Part shown: positions 1 through 9,452 of the stretch, one piece after another
Layout of the letters: the number at the start of each line of letters is the position of its first letter
Position numbering within the stretch: position 1 is the first letter of the stretch
From: an uncultured bacterium
Lineage (GTDB): Bacteria; Krumholzibacteriota; Krumholzibacteriia; LZORAL124-64-63
Direction: 5' to 3'
DNA: 61,217 bases
Assembly: GCA_965363725.1 (NCBI GenBank)
Contig: CBDTUS010000002.1
Coordinates: 1-61,217 of the forward strand
The notes under the pieces: generated by a model
Told to the model about the DNA's origin: nothing
What the model saw: only the letters and a program-made list of their open reading frames with translations
Database searches by the model: none
Translations under genes and position numbers: made by a program

Positions 1-425
1 AAATCCTCGGTGATCGGCACGGTGGCCGGATCGCCATAAACCGTGGCCGAGGAACTGAACACCAGGTTGAAGCACCCGTGCTTCTGCATCGCCTTCAACA
101 GCTCGACCGTGCCGACGATGTTGTTCTCGTAGTAGCGCAGGGGAATCTCGCCGCTTTCACCCACGGCCTTGAGCCCCGCGAAGTGGATCACGGCATCGAA
201 GCGGCCCGCGGCGAAGACCTGGTCCAGGGCCGGACCGTCGCAGATGTCGACCTCGTGAAAGGTGAGTTCCCGTCCCGCCAGTTCCTGCACCCTCTGAAGG
301 CTTTCTTCACAGGAATTGTCCAGGTTGTCGACGACCACCACCTCGAAACCGGCGTTCAACAGCTCGAGGCAGGTATGGCTGCCGATGTAACCGGCTCCCC
401 CGGTCACCAGAATCGTTTGCGGCAT
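1..425 (-). CDS. galE: UDP-glucose 4-epimerase, N-terminal part (gene runs off the window start)
   Basis: Reverse-strand reading from ATG at 425 gives [38 protein letters not shown]...[13 protein letters not shown]...[14 protein letters not shown], i.e. a Rossmann GxxGxxG plus epimerase blocks. It is not in the ORF track because no stop lies in the window. The listed + ORF 78..446 is its antisense shadow. Confidence 0.85.
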   Translation of the reverse strand, partial: MPQTILVTGGAGYIGSHTCLELLNAGFEVVVVDNLDNSCEESLQRVQELAGRELTFHEVDICDGPALDQVFAAGRFDAVIHFAGLKAVGESGEIPLRYYENNIVGTVELLKAMQKHGCFNLVFSSSATVYGDPATVPITED

Positions 426-516
426 GGACGAATCTCCCCGGATTGATGGTTCGGTTGATTCATAACCGCAAGCACCTGATTTCGCAACATCTGGGGCGCC
501 CGAAAAACCGCCGAGG

Positions 517-2769
517 CTAAGCCCGGCCCACCGCGTAGGCCGACAGCGCCGCCATGTTGACGATCTCCGTTACCGTCGACTGGGTCGACACCACGTTGAT
601 CGGTTGCTTCAGTCCGATCAGCAGGGGCCCGATGACTTCCCGCTGGCCCAGGTAACCCACCAGCTTGTAAGCGATGTTGCCGCTCTGCATGTCCGGAAAG
701 ACCAGGACATTCGCCTGCCCTTTGACTTGGCAGTCCGGTACGGACTTTTCACATTCGCCCGGCAGGATGGCCACGTCGGCGTGCATTTCCCCGTCCACCT
801 TCAGGTCGGGATGCTCCGCGTTGAGGATGCGGACGGCCTCGCGGACCTTCCGGCTTTCGGGACGGTCGTTGTCCCCGAAGTTGGAAAACGACAGCATGCC
901 CACCACCGGATCGAGATTGAAATGGCGGGCGACGGATGCCGCCATCAGGGCGATCTCGGCCAGCAGCCGGCTGTCGGGATTGAAGTTCACCGTGGTGTCG
1001 GCGAAGATGTAGACCTTGTCTTCCACCAGCAGCACGTGCATGCCGACTACCCGGCTGACGCCCAGGCGCATCTCGGCCAGGGTCAGAATCCAGCGCAGCG
1101 AGTCCACGTACGACCGATTCGCGCCGCAGACCATGCCTTCGGCTTCGCCCGATCGCAGCATCATCACGCCGTGATGGATGGGACGCTGCACCATGCGCCA
1201 GGCCTTGCGGTAGTTGTATCCCTTGCGCGCCCGCTCCTGGAAAAGCATCTGCGCCATCGATTCCAGGTTGGGGCAGCTGGCGGGATTCTTGAGGGTCACC
1301 CCTTTGAGGTTGAACCCGATCTCCTCCGCCTTGGCCCGGATTTTCTCCTGGTCACCCAGCAGAATGGGCCGGCAGTAGCCTTCGTCCATGGCGATGCGGC
1401 AGGCTTCCAGCACGCGATCGTTCTCCCCTTCGGCAAAAACGATTTTCCGTGGCTGGGCCTTGGCCTTGGAGCGGATGGTGTGCATGACCATCAGGCTCTT
1501 GTTGTGCTTCTGCTCGAGAGATTCCCGGTAGGCATCCCAGTCGGTGATCGGATCCCGCGCTACCCCGGTATCACATCCGGCCTTGGCCACCGCCGACGCC
1601 ACCACGGCCAGCACCCGGCTGTCGAAGGGTTTGGGAATGATGTACTCCGGCCCGAACTCGAAATGTTCCCCGCCATAGGCGGCAGCGACCTCGGCGGGCA
1701 CCGAACGACGAGTCAGTTCGGCCAAGGCGTCGGCCGCGGCGATCTTCATCTCCTCGTTGATGGCCCGGGCCTTGATGTCCAGAGCGCCGCGGAAGATGAA
1801 CGGGAACCCCAGCACATTGTTGACCTGGTTGGGGAAGTCGCTGCGGCCGGTGGCCATGATGACGTCGGGGCGGGCTTCCCGGGCGTCCTCGTAGGTGATT
1901 TCCGGATCGGGATTGGCCATGGCGAAAACGATGGGCTTGTCGGCCATCGACCGGACCATGTCCTTGCTCACCAGACCGGCCACCGAGCACCCCAGGAACA
2001 GGTCGGCGCCCTCCATGGCCTCGGCCAGAGTGCGCTTGTGGGTGTCGTTGGCGAAGTACTCCTTGTACTCGTTCATTCCCTCGGTGCGTCCCCGGTAACA
2101 GACCCCCTTGCTGTCGGCGAGCAGGAAATTTTCCCGGGGCACCCCCATCGACTCGATGAGCTTGGCACAGGCGATGGCAGCCGCCCCCGCGCCCGAGACC
2201 ACCACCTTCATCTTGGCCAGTTCCTTGCCCTGCAGCTGGGCCGCGTTGATCAGGCCGGCCGCTGCGATGATGGCCGTACCGTGCTGGTCGTCGTGGAACA
2301 CCGGGATGTTCATGGTCTCCCGCAGCCGCCGCTCGACCTCGAAGCACTCGGGGGCCTTGATGTCCTCGAGGTTGATGCCGCCCACGGTCGGCTCCAGCAG
2401 CTGGCAGAACTTGACGATCTCATCGACCTCTTCGGTGTCTATCTCGATGTCGAACACATCCACGTGGCCGAAGCGTTTGAACAGGACGCCTTTGCCTTCC
2501 ATGACCGGTTTGCCGGCCAGGGCACCGATGTTGCCCAGACCGAGAACGGCGCTGCCGTTGGAGACCACCGCCACCAGGTTGCCCTTGTTGGTATAGAGGT
2601 AGGCGTCGGATGGATTGGCTTCGATGGCCTTGCAGGGAATGGCCACCCCGGGCGAGTAGGCCAGCGAAAGGTCACGTGCGGTCAGGCAGGGTTTGGTGGG
2701 GACGACTTCCGTCTTTCCCGGGCGGCCTTTGCGGTGATAATCCAGCGCGTCCTGATCCCTGAAAGCCAT
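517..2769 (-). CDS. maeB: NADP-dependent malic enzyme (malic enzyme + phosphotransacetylase-like C-terminal domain)
   Basis: Track ORF 517..3294 trimmed to the ATG at aa 176 ([28 protein letters not shown]...). The upstream 175 aa are low-complexity GC shadow. Malic-enzyme blocks are present ([27 protein letters not shown]), followed by a ~330-aa PTA-like domain. Confidence 0.9.
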   Translation of the reverse strand: MAFRDQDALDYHRKGRPGKTEVVPTKPCLTARDLSLAYSPGVAIPCKAIEANPSDAYLYTNKGNLVAVVSNGSAVLGLGNIGALAGKPVMEGKGVLFKRFGHVDVFDIEIDTEEVDEIVKFCQLLEPTVGGINLEDIKAPECFEVERRLRETMNIPVFHDDQHGTAIIAAAGLINAAQLQGKELAKMKVVVSGAGAAAIACAKLIESMGVPRENFLLADSKGVCYRGRTEGMNEYKEYFANDTHKRTLAEAMEGADLFLGCSVAGLVSKDMVRSMADKPIVFAMANPDPEITYEDAREARPDVIMATGRSDFPNQVNNVLGFPFIFRGALDIKARAINEEMKIAAADALAELTRRSVPAEVAAAYGGEHFEFGPEYIIPKPFDSRVLAVVASAVAKAGCDTGVARDPITDWDAYRESLEQKHNKSLMVMHTIRSKAKAQPRKIVFAEGENDRVLEACRIAMDEGYCRPILLGDQEKIRAKAEEIGFNLKGVTLKNPASCPNLESMAQMLFQERARKGYNYRKAWRMVQRPIHHGVMMLRSGEAEGMVCGANRSYVDSLRWILTLAEMRLGVSRVVGMHVLLVEDKVYIFADTTVNFNPDSRLLAEIALMAASVARHFNLDPVVGMLSFSNFGDNDRPESRKVREAVRILNAEHPDLKVDGEMHADVAILPGECEKSVPDCQVKGQANVLVFPDMQSGNIAYKLVGYLGQREVIGPLLIGLKQPINVVSTQSTVTEIVNMAALSAYAVGRA

Positions 2770-2889
2770 GACATCGATCCTTTCATTCGAACCCGATAAG
2801 GCATATCCTCCACATGGCAAGTGTCGGACAGCGGGCGGGGAAAGTCCAGTTTTACAAAATCTGGATAACCCACTATTACGGAGTGAGTT

Positions 2890-3966
2890 ATGGATCAGGT
2901 ACTGAATATTTTGGCCAGCTTGAAAACCGCGATATGGACCGCGGCCCTGGTCGTCGGGGTCATCGTGATCCTGGGAATCCTGAACCGCTACCTGCAACGC
3001 AACTCGGCGGAGATGACCGGGCGCCGCTTCCGCAACCAGCTGATCATGACCGGCGCCCTTTTCATCGGACTGCTCACCATTATTCTGGGACTGCCCATCG
3101 AGACAACCACCCGCGGCCAGTTGCTGACCCTGATCGGGATCATCCTCTCCATAGGCATCTCCTTGAGTTCGTCCACCATCCTGAGCAACGCCATGGCCGG
3201 CATCATGCTCAAAACCGTGCGGAATTTCCATTCGGGGGATTTCGTGACCGTCGAGGATTATTTCGGGCGCGTCACCGAACGCGGCCTTTTCCACACCGAG
3301 ATCCAGACCCCGGACCGCGACCTCGTCACCCTGCCCAACATTTACCTGGCCTCTAATCCCGTGACAGTGATCCGTTCGTCCGGAACCATAGTCAGCGCCA
3401 CCGTCTCGTTGGGTTACGACCTTCCCCAGACCACGATCAAGAAGCTGCTGCTCCAGGCCGCCGAGAGCATCGAACTGCAGGACCCCTTCGTCCAGGTGCT
3501 GGAGCTAGGGGATTTTTCCGTCCTGTACCGGGTGGCCGGCCTCCTGCAGGAACCCAAAAAGCTCCTGGCCTTCCGGTCCCGCCTGCGGTCGGCCATCCTG
3601 GAAACCATGCACCAGGGCGGCGTGGAAATCGTATCCCCCCATTTCCGGAATATCCGCCAATTCGAACCCCAAAAAGCCTTCATTCCGGCACCGGTCCGCA
3701 CCCCGAAGGAAAAGACGACTGATGCCGCCCCGGTCGACGTGGTGTTCGACAAGGCCGAGGTCGCCGAATCCCTGACCGCCCTCAAAAAGGAGCGGGAGGA
3801 AGTGGACGGACTGCTGAAGGAAGCCCGTCAGGCCGGCAAGGATGCCAAGGAGGAGGAGGAGAAACAGCAGGCGGACCAACAGGTGGCCGAACTCGAAGCC
3901 AGGAAAGAAAAACTCGTCGCCGACATCAACGAGACCCAGGAGAAGGGCAAGGAACAGGACACCTGA
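2890..3966 (+). CDS. Mechanosensitive ion channel, MscS family
   Basis: N-terminal TM helices, then GDFVTVEDYFGRVTERGLFHTEIQTPDRDLVTLPNIYL (MscS beta-domain pattern). Long Lys/Glu-rich C-terminal tail. GGAG lies a few nt upstream of the ATG. Confidence 0.8.
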   Translation: MDQVLNILASLKTAIWTAALVVGVIVILGILNRYLQRNSAEMTGRRFRNQLIMTGALFIGLLTIILGLPIETTTRGQLLTLIGIILSIGISLSSSTILSNAMAGIMLKTVRNFHSGDFVTVEDYFGRVTERGLFHTEIQTPDRDLVTLPNIYLASNPVTVIRSSGTIVSATVSLGYDLPQTTIKKLLLQAAESIELQDPFVQVLELGDFSVLYRVAGLLQEPKKLLAFRSRLRSAILETMHQGGVEIVSPHFRNIRQFEPQKAFIPAPVRTPKEKTTDAAPVDVVFDKAEVAESLTALKKEREEVDGLLKEARQAGKDAKEEEEKQQADQQVAELEARKEKLVADINETQEKGKEQDT

Positions 3967-3986
3967 TCGATCGGCCGCCCCGCTCT

Positions 3987-4427
3987 TCAATATCCCGATC
4001 GCGCCCACGCCACCAGCAGGCTCCGGTCCTCATCCGCCAGATCCGCCTCCGGATGCCCCCACACGTAGCTGCGCAGGGGCATGGTCCGGTCTGTCAGCTG
4101 CTTTTCGATGTCGCGCAGATACAACCCGCGGGTCTCCAGGTCGAACAAAGGCCACTGGGAAAAGTTCAGGTCGGCACGTCCGGTGTCCACGTGCCGCACC
4201 AGCCACCAGGAAATCGGGGCGACGCGGCTATACCAGGGCCAATTCGTTTCGTGGGAATGACAGTCGTAGCAGGCCCGCTTCAGGATATCCTTGACCGCTG
4301 CGGGCGCCACCAGATCGGCCTCCACCTCGGGGTTGGTTCGGTGAACGGGAACCAGTTGGATCAGCAGGAACAGCGCCGCCAGGACGGCGGCGCCGATCAG
4401 AAACCTGCGGTTCGAGAAAAGATCCAA
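3987..4427 (-). CDS. Haem-binding-domain protein (single CxxCH, membrane anchored)
   Basis: N-terminal hydrophobic anchor. CYDCHSHETNWPWYSRVAPISWWLVRHVDTGRADLNFSQW matches the Haem_bd (PF14376-type) signature as I remember it. Confidence 0.75.
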   Translation of the reverse strand: MDLFSNRRFLIGAAVLAALFLLIQLVPVHRTNPEVEADLVAPAAVKDILKRACYDCHSHETNWPWYSRVAPISWWLVRHVDTGRADLNFSQWPLFDLETRGLYLRDIEKQLTDRTMPLRSYVWGHPEADLADEDRSLLVAWARSGY

Positions 4428-4441
4428 GACTACCCTGCCAG

Positions 4442-5200
4442 CTATTTGTCGAATTGTGCGAGGATCTCCCGCGCCTGTTCGCTTTCCGGATCCAGTTCCA
4501 AGGCTTTCTTCGCACTGGCGATGGCCCCATCCTTGTCCCCCTTGAAGATCAAGACCTTGCTTTTCATGATGTGGGTGGTCACGTCTTCGGGATCCATCTC
4601 CACGCCCAGGTCCAGGACCTGGACGGCGCCATCCATGTCGCCTTGCCCCTGGGCCAGGGCTTCGGCCAAACTGGTCAATACCATCGGACTGAAATCATAG
4701 GAACCGGAACCGTAATATTGCTCGCGCAGCTCGCGGTACCGGGCGATGCCGATTTCCACGCCGTTCTCCTCGATGGTGTCGAGCAGGACGTCGTTCAGGG
4801 TCCGGGGGTCTTCCAGCCCCCGATGGCAGGTGATGCAACGCACCCGGCCGCCGCCCTCGCCGACCGCCGCCGGCAGCAGTTCGCTGTTGATGGTGCGGGT
4901 CATCGCCATCATTCCCCGGGCAGCCTCCTTGTGATCGAGCTCGTCACTGGCCCAATCGATGCTGTCGAATTCTCCGGGCTCCCTCTGGATGTGGCAGAAC
5001 GTGCATCTTACTCCCAGGGACGTGGAGAAATCACGCATGGTTCCCAACAGCTGGCGCTTACCGATGTCCTGGGGGAAGACTTTCAGATTGGTGAAGGTGT
5101 CGGGGATTTCTGCCATGGCCTGGACGGGACACAAAACCAGAAGAAGAGCAATTAGCACCCAACCGGGAACTGAAAAGCGAAGGGACCGATTGATAGTCAT
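4442..5200 (-). CDS. Dihaem c-type cytochrome of the reaction-centre-cytochrome-like family with TPR-like C-terminus
   Basis: Track ORF 4442..5245 trimmed to MTINRSL... (signal peptide ending VQAMA). Two CxxCH (CTFCH, CITCH). The block LKVFPQDIGKRQLLGTMRDFSTSLGVRCTFCH resembles the PF02276-like family common in non-phototrophs. The C-terminal helical repeats look TPR-like. Confidence 0.75.
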   Translation of the reverse strand: MTINRSLRFSVPGWVLIALLLVLCPVQAMAEIPDTFTNLKVFPQDIGKRQLLGTMRDFSTSLGVRCTFCHIQREPGEFDSIDWASDELDHKEAARGMMAMTRTINSELLPAAVGEGGGRVRCITCHRGLEDPRTLNDVLLDTIEENGVEIGIARYRELREQYYGSGSYDFSPMVLTSLAEALAQGQGDMDGAVQVLDLGVEMDPEDVTTHIMKSKVLIFKGDKDGAIASAKKALELDPESEQAREILAQFDK

Positions 5201-5387
5201 GACAGCTCCATCGGGTTGAACGGGTTCGGAATGACTCGATTTCACTATTAGACATGAAAACCGGAATTTCCTTTCCGGTCAAGGCGCCCGAGTGACTCCT
5301 CCAAAAAAACCGGGGAAAAAAATCCGAATCATGATAGCCTGAAGGCCTCAGTGACCCCGGTCTACCTGACTTTAATGGAGGAAACTC

Positions 5388-6011
5388 ATGACCGAATTTA
5401 ATCGGCACCGCGTTTGGGGAGGAACCCTGCTTGTCGCCGCCCTGGTCCTTGCCCTGTCGGCTTCGGCCGGGCTGGCCCAGACCGACCCCCAGAACGCTCC
5501 CCAGGTCGAGGACAACGACCAGCAGGAGGTGGCCCAAACGACGCCTCCCCCGCCGCCGCCTCAAGCCAAACCCAAACAAGATGCCGGCCCCTTCGCCAAA
5601 GGCAAGGTCAGGGTCGGTTTTTTTGGCGGTGCGGGTAACACCTGGGGCCAGACCTATCTGATTCTTGGCGGTGGCATCGGCTATTTCCTGATGAACGGGT
5701 TCGAAGTCGGATTCGATGCCGAAGGTTGGCTCCTGCAGTCCCCGACCTTCTGGAAACTGACCCCCCAGGTCCGCTACGTGGTGTGGCAGATGAACCCCGT
5801 CCGGCCCTATGTGGGCGCATTCTGGCGTAAGACACTGGTCAGTAGCGGCATCGAGGACTACACCTCCTGGGGCGGCCGCGCCGGCATCGCCTACCGCAAG
5901 GGCGGCAGCTACCTCGCCGTGGGCGCCGTGTACGAGAAGTTCAACGACTACACCGGATTCGGGGACGACTACGTGATCTATCCCGAAATCGCTTTCTGGA
6001 TCTCTTTCTAG
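5388..6011 (+). CDS. Small outer-membrane beta-barrel protein (hypothetical)
   Basis: Signal peptide (..SASAGLAQ), Pro-rich linker (PPPPPPQAKPK), alternating aromatic/Gly beta-strand pattern and a terminal ...AFWISF. GGAGG RBS upstream. Confidence 0.55.
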   Translation: MTEFNRHRVWGGTLLVAALVLALSASAGLAQTDPQNAPQVEDNDQQEVAQTTPPPPPPQAKPKQDAGPFAKGKVRVGFFGGAGNTWGQTYLILGGGIGYFLMNGFEVGFDAEGWLLQSPTFWKLTPQVRYVVWQMNPVRPYVGAFWRKTLVSSGIEDYTSWGGRAGIAYRKGGSYLAVGAVYEKFNDYTGFGDDYVIYPEIAFWISF

Positions 6012-6033
6012 CCGGCAACACGGAAAGGCCGCC

Positions 6034-6414
6034 ATGCCTGGGGATCTTCGCAACGCCGCCATCCGGGTCCTGATGATGCCCCGGGACACCAACCATCACG
6101 GCACCATTTTCGGGGGCGTGATCCTCAGCTATATCGATCAGGCCGGAGCGGTGGGTGCAATCCGACGCGGCTGCCGCCAGGTGGTCACCGTGGCCATGGA
6201 CCAGGTCGTCTTTCACCAGCCTGTGCAGGTGGGCGACCTGGTCAGCTTCTACGCCGACGTCGTCAAGGTGGGCCGTACCTCGCTCGAGGTGCTGGTCACC
6301 GTGGAAGCCACCCGGCGGACCGACGGTGAAGTGGTCGCCGTGACCCAGGCCGAAGTCACCTACGTCAATGTGGATACCGCCGGCAAACCCGTTCCTGTTC
6401 CCGCATCCGACTGA
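6034..6414 (+). CDS. Acyl-CoA thioesterase (hotdog fold, YciA-like)
   Basis: VLMMPRDTNHHGTIFGGVILSYIDQAGAVGA is the typical 4HBT/acyl-CoA thioester hydrolase N-terminal block. 126 aa. Confidence 0.8.
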   Translation: MPGDLRNAAIRVLMMPRDTNHHGTIFGGVILSYIDQAGAVGAIRRGCRQVVTVAMDQVVFHQPVQVGDLVSFYADVVKVGRTSLEVLVTVEATRRTDGEVVAVTQAEVTYVNVDTAGKPVPVPASD

Positions 6415-6479
6415 TACCCCTCTGTTTCGGGGTGAAGTTCCCCCATTTGCAACAAATCCCATCCCTGCTGTAGGTTTTG

Positions 6480-6600
6480 AAAACTCATAGTTAATTAGTA
6501 GCAATTAGTTGCAAACAATAAGGTTATCTATAGTTTTTTTCGTTTTTCCCTTGCGTTTTCCCTACCCTGGACGAAAATTAACTTAGTTAACATTCAACGA
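6480..6600 (+). promoter_or_regulatory. AT-rich promoter/operator region upstream of the MarR-led operon
   Basis: Only AT-rich stretch in the neighbourhood. Dyads GCAATTAGTTGC (6501..6512) and TTAAC-TTA-GTTAA (6578..6590). TATAGT (6529..6534) is a possible -10. No function has been tested. Confidence 0.4.
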
Positions 6601-6608
6601 GGTTAAAT

Positions 6609-7151
6609 ATGGATCAATTGGACAAAACCCTCAGCGAAAACATCAGGATCATGGCCCAGGTCGTCGCTGACATCTGCCAGCGCAACACCCGTAAAATGGC
6701 CAGCCCCATCCACCTGACCGCCAACCAGTTCACGATCCTGAGAGTCCTGGCCTGCGAGGGCGAATATCAGACCGGCGACCTGGCCCGGCTGCTGGACATC
6801 AGCAGCGCCGCCATCAGCAAGAACATCACCCGACTGGTGAAACTCGGGTTGGTTTCCCGTAAAGCGAAACCCGAGGATCGCCGCAGCCTGGATATCGTTC
6901 TGCTCAAGAACGGGCGGAACATCGTCCGGGAATTCGACCGGATCCTCGCCGAAAAACAGAAACACGTGATGGACAGGCTCTCCCACCAGGAAAAGGAGGC
7001 CCTGCTCTCCCTGGTGCAGAAGGTCATCAACTACACCGTCGCCGAGGAACAGGACATGGACCTGATCTGCCTGCAGTGCGGAGGCAACTGCGGGGACAAC
7101 TGCGTGATCGAATCCTGCAGCGGCCTGTGCGCCCTGCAGGATAAAAAATAG
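6609..7151 (+). CDS. MarR-family transcriptional regulator with C-terminal six-Cys tail
   Basis: Winged-helix block LTANQFTILRVLACEGEYQTGDLARLLDISSAAISKNITRLVKLGLVSRKAKPEDRRSLDIVLL. Extra C-terminal CLQCGGNCGDNCVIESCSGLC. Confidence 0.8.
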   Translation: MDQLDKTLSENIRIMAQVVADICQRNTRKMASPIHLTANQFTILRVLACEGEYQTGDLARLLDISSAAISKNITRLVKLGLVSRKAKPEDRRSLDIVLLKNGRNIVREFDRILAEKQKHVMDRLSHQEKEALLSLVQKVINYTVAEEQDMDLICLQCGGNCGDNCVIESCSGLCALQDKK

Positions 7152-7231
7152 CCCCAGGCCAATCCGCCGGGGCGAAACATGGGTGTTCGGACACACGGGT
7201 CCGGACAAGGAGATCCTAGGAGGACAACATC

Positions 7232-8137
7232 ATGGTCAGCCGTCGGGATTTTTTCAAAATCACCGGAACGGCCGCGGGCACCGCGGCCCTGACCGCGGTC
7301 GGGGCCGAGGCCTCGGGACCGCCGCACGATCTCGATCCGGACAGGTTCGGGGTATTGACGGACACCACCCTGTGCATCGGCTGCCGCCGCTGTGAATGGG
7401 CCTGCGCCGAGCAGAACGACCTTCCCCACGGCAGCTTGGATTCCTTTGGCGACACCAGCGTGTTCGAGGAAATGCGCCGTCCCCACCGCGACGCCTACAC
7501 CGTGGTGAACCGGTACTCGCCACCCGCGGGTTCGGACAAGCCCCTGGACGTCAAGGTGCAGTGCCTGCACTGCGAGCACCCGGCCTGCGTTTCGGCCTGC
7601 ATCGTGGCCGCGCTGGAAAAATCGCCCCAGGGCCCGGTGATCTACGATCCCTGGAAATGCATCGGCTGCCGGTACTGCATGATCGCCTGCCCATTCCAGA
7701 TTCCGGCCTATGAATACGATGATCCGCTGACGCCCAAGGTCATGAAGTGCACGATGTGCGCCGAGCGGACCCTGGAGGAGGGCCGTCCCCCGGCCTGCGT
7801 GGAGATGTGCCCCCCCGAAGCCCTGGTTTTCGGCCGCCGGTCCGAACTGTTGGAACTAGCACACAACCGGATGGCGGAAAACCCCGGACGCTATCACCCC
7901 GAAGTCATCGGTGAGCACATTGCCGGCGGCACCTCGTGGCTGATGCTCTCGGACCGCCCGCCCACCGAGATCGGCATCCCCGACCTGCCGGACGAAAGCC
8001 CGGCCGTCATCACCGAAACCATCCAGCATGGGATCTTCAAGGGTTTTTCCGGTCCCCTGATGCTGTTCGGGGTGCTGGGCATCCTGATGAAATCGTCCAG
8101 CGACAGGCGCAAGGAAAAGGAGGAAGACGATGTCTGA
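7232..8137 (+). CDS. Tat-exported 4x[4Fe-4S] ferredoxin-type subunit (HybA/NrfC/HmcB-like), operon A
   Basis: Twin-arginine signal MVSRRDFFKITGTAAG. Four Cys clusters (CIGCRRCEWAC, CLHCEHPACVSAC, CIGCRYCMIACP, CTMC...ACVEMCP). C-terminal hydrophobic anchor. Confidence 0.85.
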   Translation: MVSRRDFFKITGTAAGTAALTAVGAEASGPPHDLDPDRFGVLTDTTLCIGCRRCEWACAEQNDLPHGSLDSFGDTSVFEEMRRPHRDAYTVVNRYSPPAGSDKPLDVKVQCLHCEHPACVSACIVAALEKSPQGPVIYDPWKCIGCRYCMIACPFQIPAYEYDDPLTPKVMKCTMCAERTLEEGRPPACVEMCPPEALVFGRRSELLELAHNRMAENPGRYHPEVIGEHIAGGTSWLMLSDRPPTEIGIPDLPDESPAVITETIQHGIFKGFSGPLMLFGVLGILMKSSSDRRKEKEEDDV

Positions 8138-9452
8138 ATCCCTGCACCGAGGCGGCGCCGCCGTCCTCAACGGGCCGACCGATACCACACCCCCGGCAAC
8201 GGCCGACGCGGGTAAAAACGGTGGCCATGATCATCATGAAGCCTTGCCCCTGGCAGGTCGGTCGGCAGTTCCCTTCTGGACTCCCGGGGTGGTAGTCGTG
8301 GCGGTCCTGGCCGCCTGCGGGCTGGCAGTTCTCGCCGCCCGGCTCGTCTTCGGGCTCGAGGCGGTGACCAACTTCGACGACCAGTTCCCCTGGGGGATCT
8401 GGATCGGTATCGATGTGGCCTCCGGCGTGGCCCTGGCCGCCGGCGGTTTCACCATGGCCTTCATCGCCCACGTCCTGAACAACGAACGATACCACGTCCT
8501 GGTCCGGCCGGCCCTGCTCACCGCGGCCATCGGCTACACGTTCGTCGGACTCGGGGTGGCCATCGACCTGGGCCGTTACTACAGCATCTGGCACGTGATG
8601 ATGCCCTCGATGTGGCAGGGCAACAGCGTCCTGTTCGAGGTCGGCATGTGCGTCATGATCTATCTGACGGTGCTTTATATCGAGTTTCTGCCCATCGTGT
8701 GCGAGCGGTTCATCGGCCGGGTGAACCTGCCGGGCGTGCTCGGCAAACTGAACGGCTTCATCGACGGCCTGCTGCGATTCCTGGACCGGACCCTGGGCAG
8801 GTTCATGAGCTTCTTTATCATCACCGGCGTGGTGTTGTCCTGCGCCCACCAGTCCTCGCTGGGTTCCCTGATGGCCATCGCTCCCAGCAAACTGTACCCC
8901 CTGTGGCACACCCCGGTGCTGCCGCTCCTGTTTCTGCTTTCGGCCTTTTCGGTGGGGCTGTCCATGGCCATATTCGAATCGATTCTCGCCTCGCGGTCCT
9001 TCAAGCGGCCGATCGAAATGCACGTGCTCAGTCCGCTTGCACGGATGATCCCCCTGCTACTGGTCCTCTATTTCGCGGCCAAGGTCATCGACCTGATCAA
9101 CCGCGACGCCTGGCCGCTGCTGTTCCAGGCCAACGTGCGCGCGGTCATGTTCTGGATCGAGTTGGGCGTGGGCGTGATTCTCCCGACCTTCCTGTTCCTC
9201 AGCCATCGCCTTCGAAGACGGCCCGGTTGGCTGTTCGCCTCGGCAGCCATGGTCGTATTCGGGGTGGTGCTCAACCGGTTCAATGTCTTCGTCACCGGCT
9301 ACACCCCGCCTTACGCCACCGAGAGGTACTTTCCCGCCTGGACGGAGGTCATGCTCACCGTGGGCATGATCTCGCTCATGGTGCTGCTCTACCGGATCTG
9401 GGTGTTTGTCTTCCCCGTCCTTCCCGCCGAGGAGGAGGTCGAACATGCGTAA
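8130..9452 (+). CDS. NrfD/HybB/HmcC-type polytopic membrane subunit, operon A
   Basis: ~10 hydrophobic helices. FDDQFPWGIWIGIDVASGVALAAGGF block, colinear with the copy at 12027..13307. Start overlaps the FeS gene stop by 8 nt. Confidence 0.85.
   Translation: MSESLHRGGAAVLNGPTDTTPPATADAGKNGGHDHHEALPLAGRSAVPFWTPGVVVVAVLAACGLAVLAARLVFGLEAVTNFDDQFPWGIWIGIDVASGVALAAGGFTMAFIAHVLNNERYHVLVRPALLTAAIGYTFVGLGVAIDLGRYYSIWHVMMPSMWQGNSVLFEVGMCVMIYLTVLYIEFLPIVCERFIGRVNLPGVLGKLNGFIDGLLRFLDRTLGRFMSFFIITGVVLSCAHQSSLGSLMAIAPSKLYPLWHTPVLPLLFLLSAFSVGLSMAIFESILASRSFKRPIEMHVLSPLARMIPLLLVLYFAAKVIDLINRDAWPLLFQANVRAVMFWIELGVGVILPTFLFLSHRLRRRPGWLFASAAMVVFGVVLNRFNVFVTGYTPPYATERYFPAWTEVMLTVGMISLMVLLYRIWVFVFPVLPAEEEVEHA

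Noticed and set aside
604-2799. 731-aa + strand ORF
   Set aside because: Antisense shadow of maeB. Its translation is Gly/Arg/His/Asp/Val-rich low-complexity with no motifs, while the opposite strand gives a full malic enzyme. The same logic rejects 1571..2347 and the N-terminal 175 aa of ORF 517..3294.
4442-5200. Reaction-centre cytochrome c-like protein as evidence for phototrophy
   Set aside because: No puf/puh/bch genes are nearby, and the family is widespread in non-phototrophs. It is treated as a generic periplasmic cytochrome.
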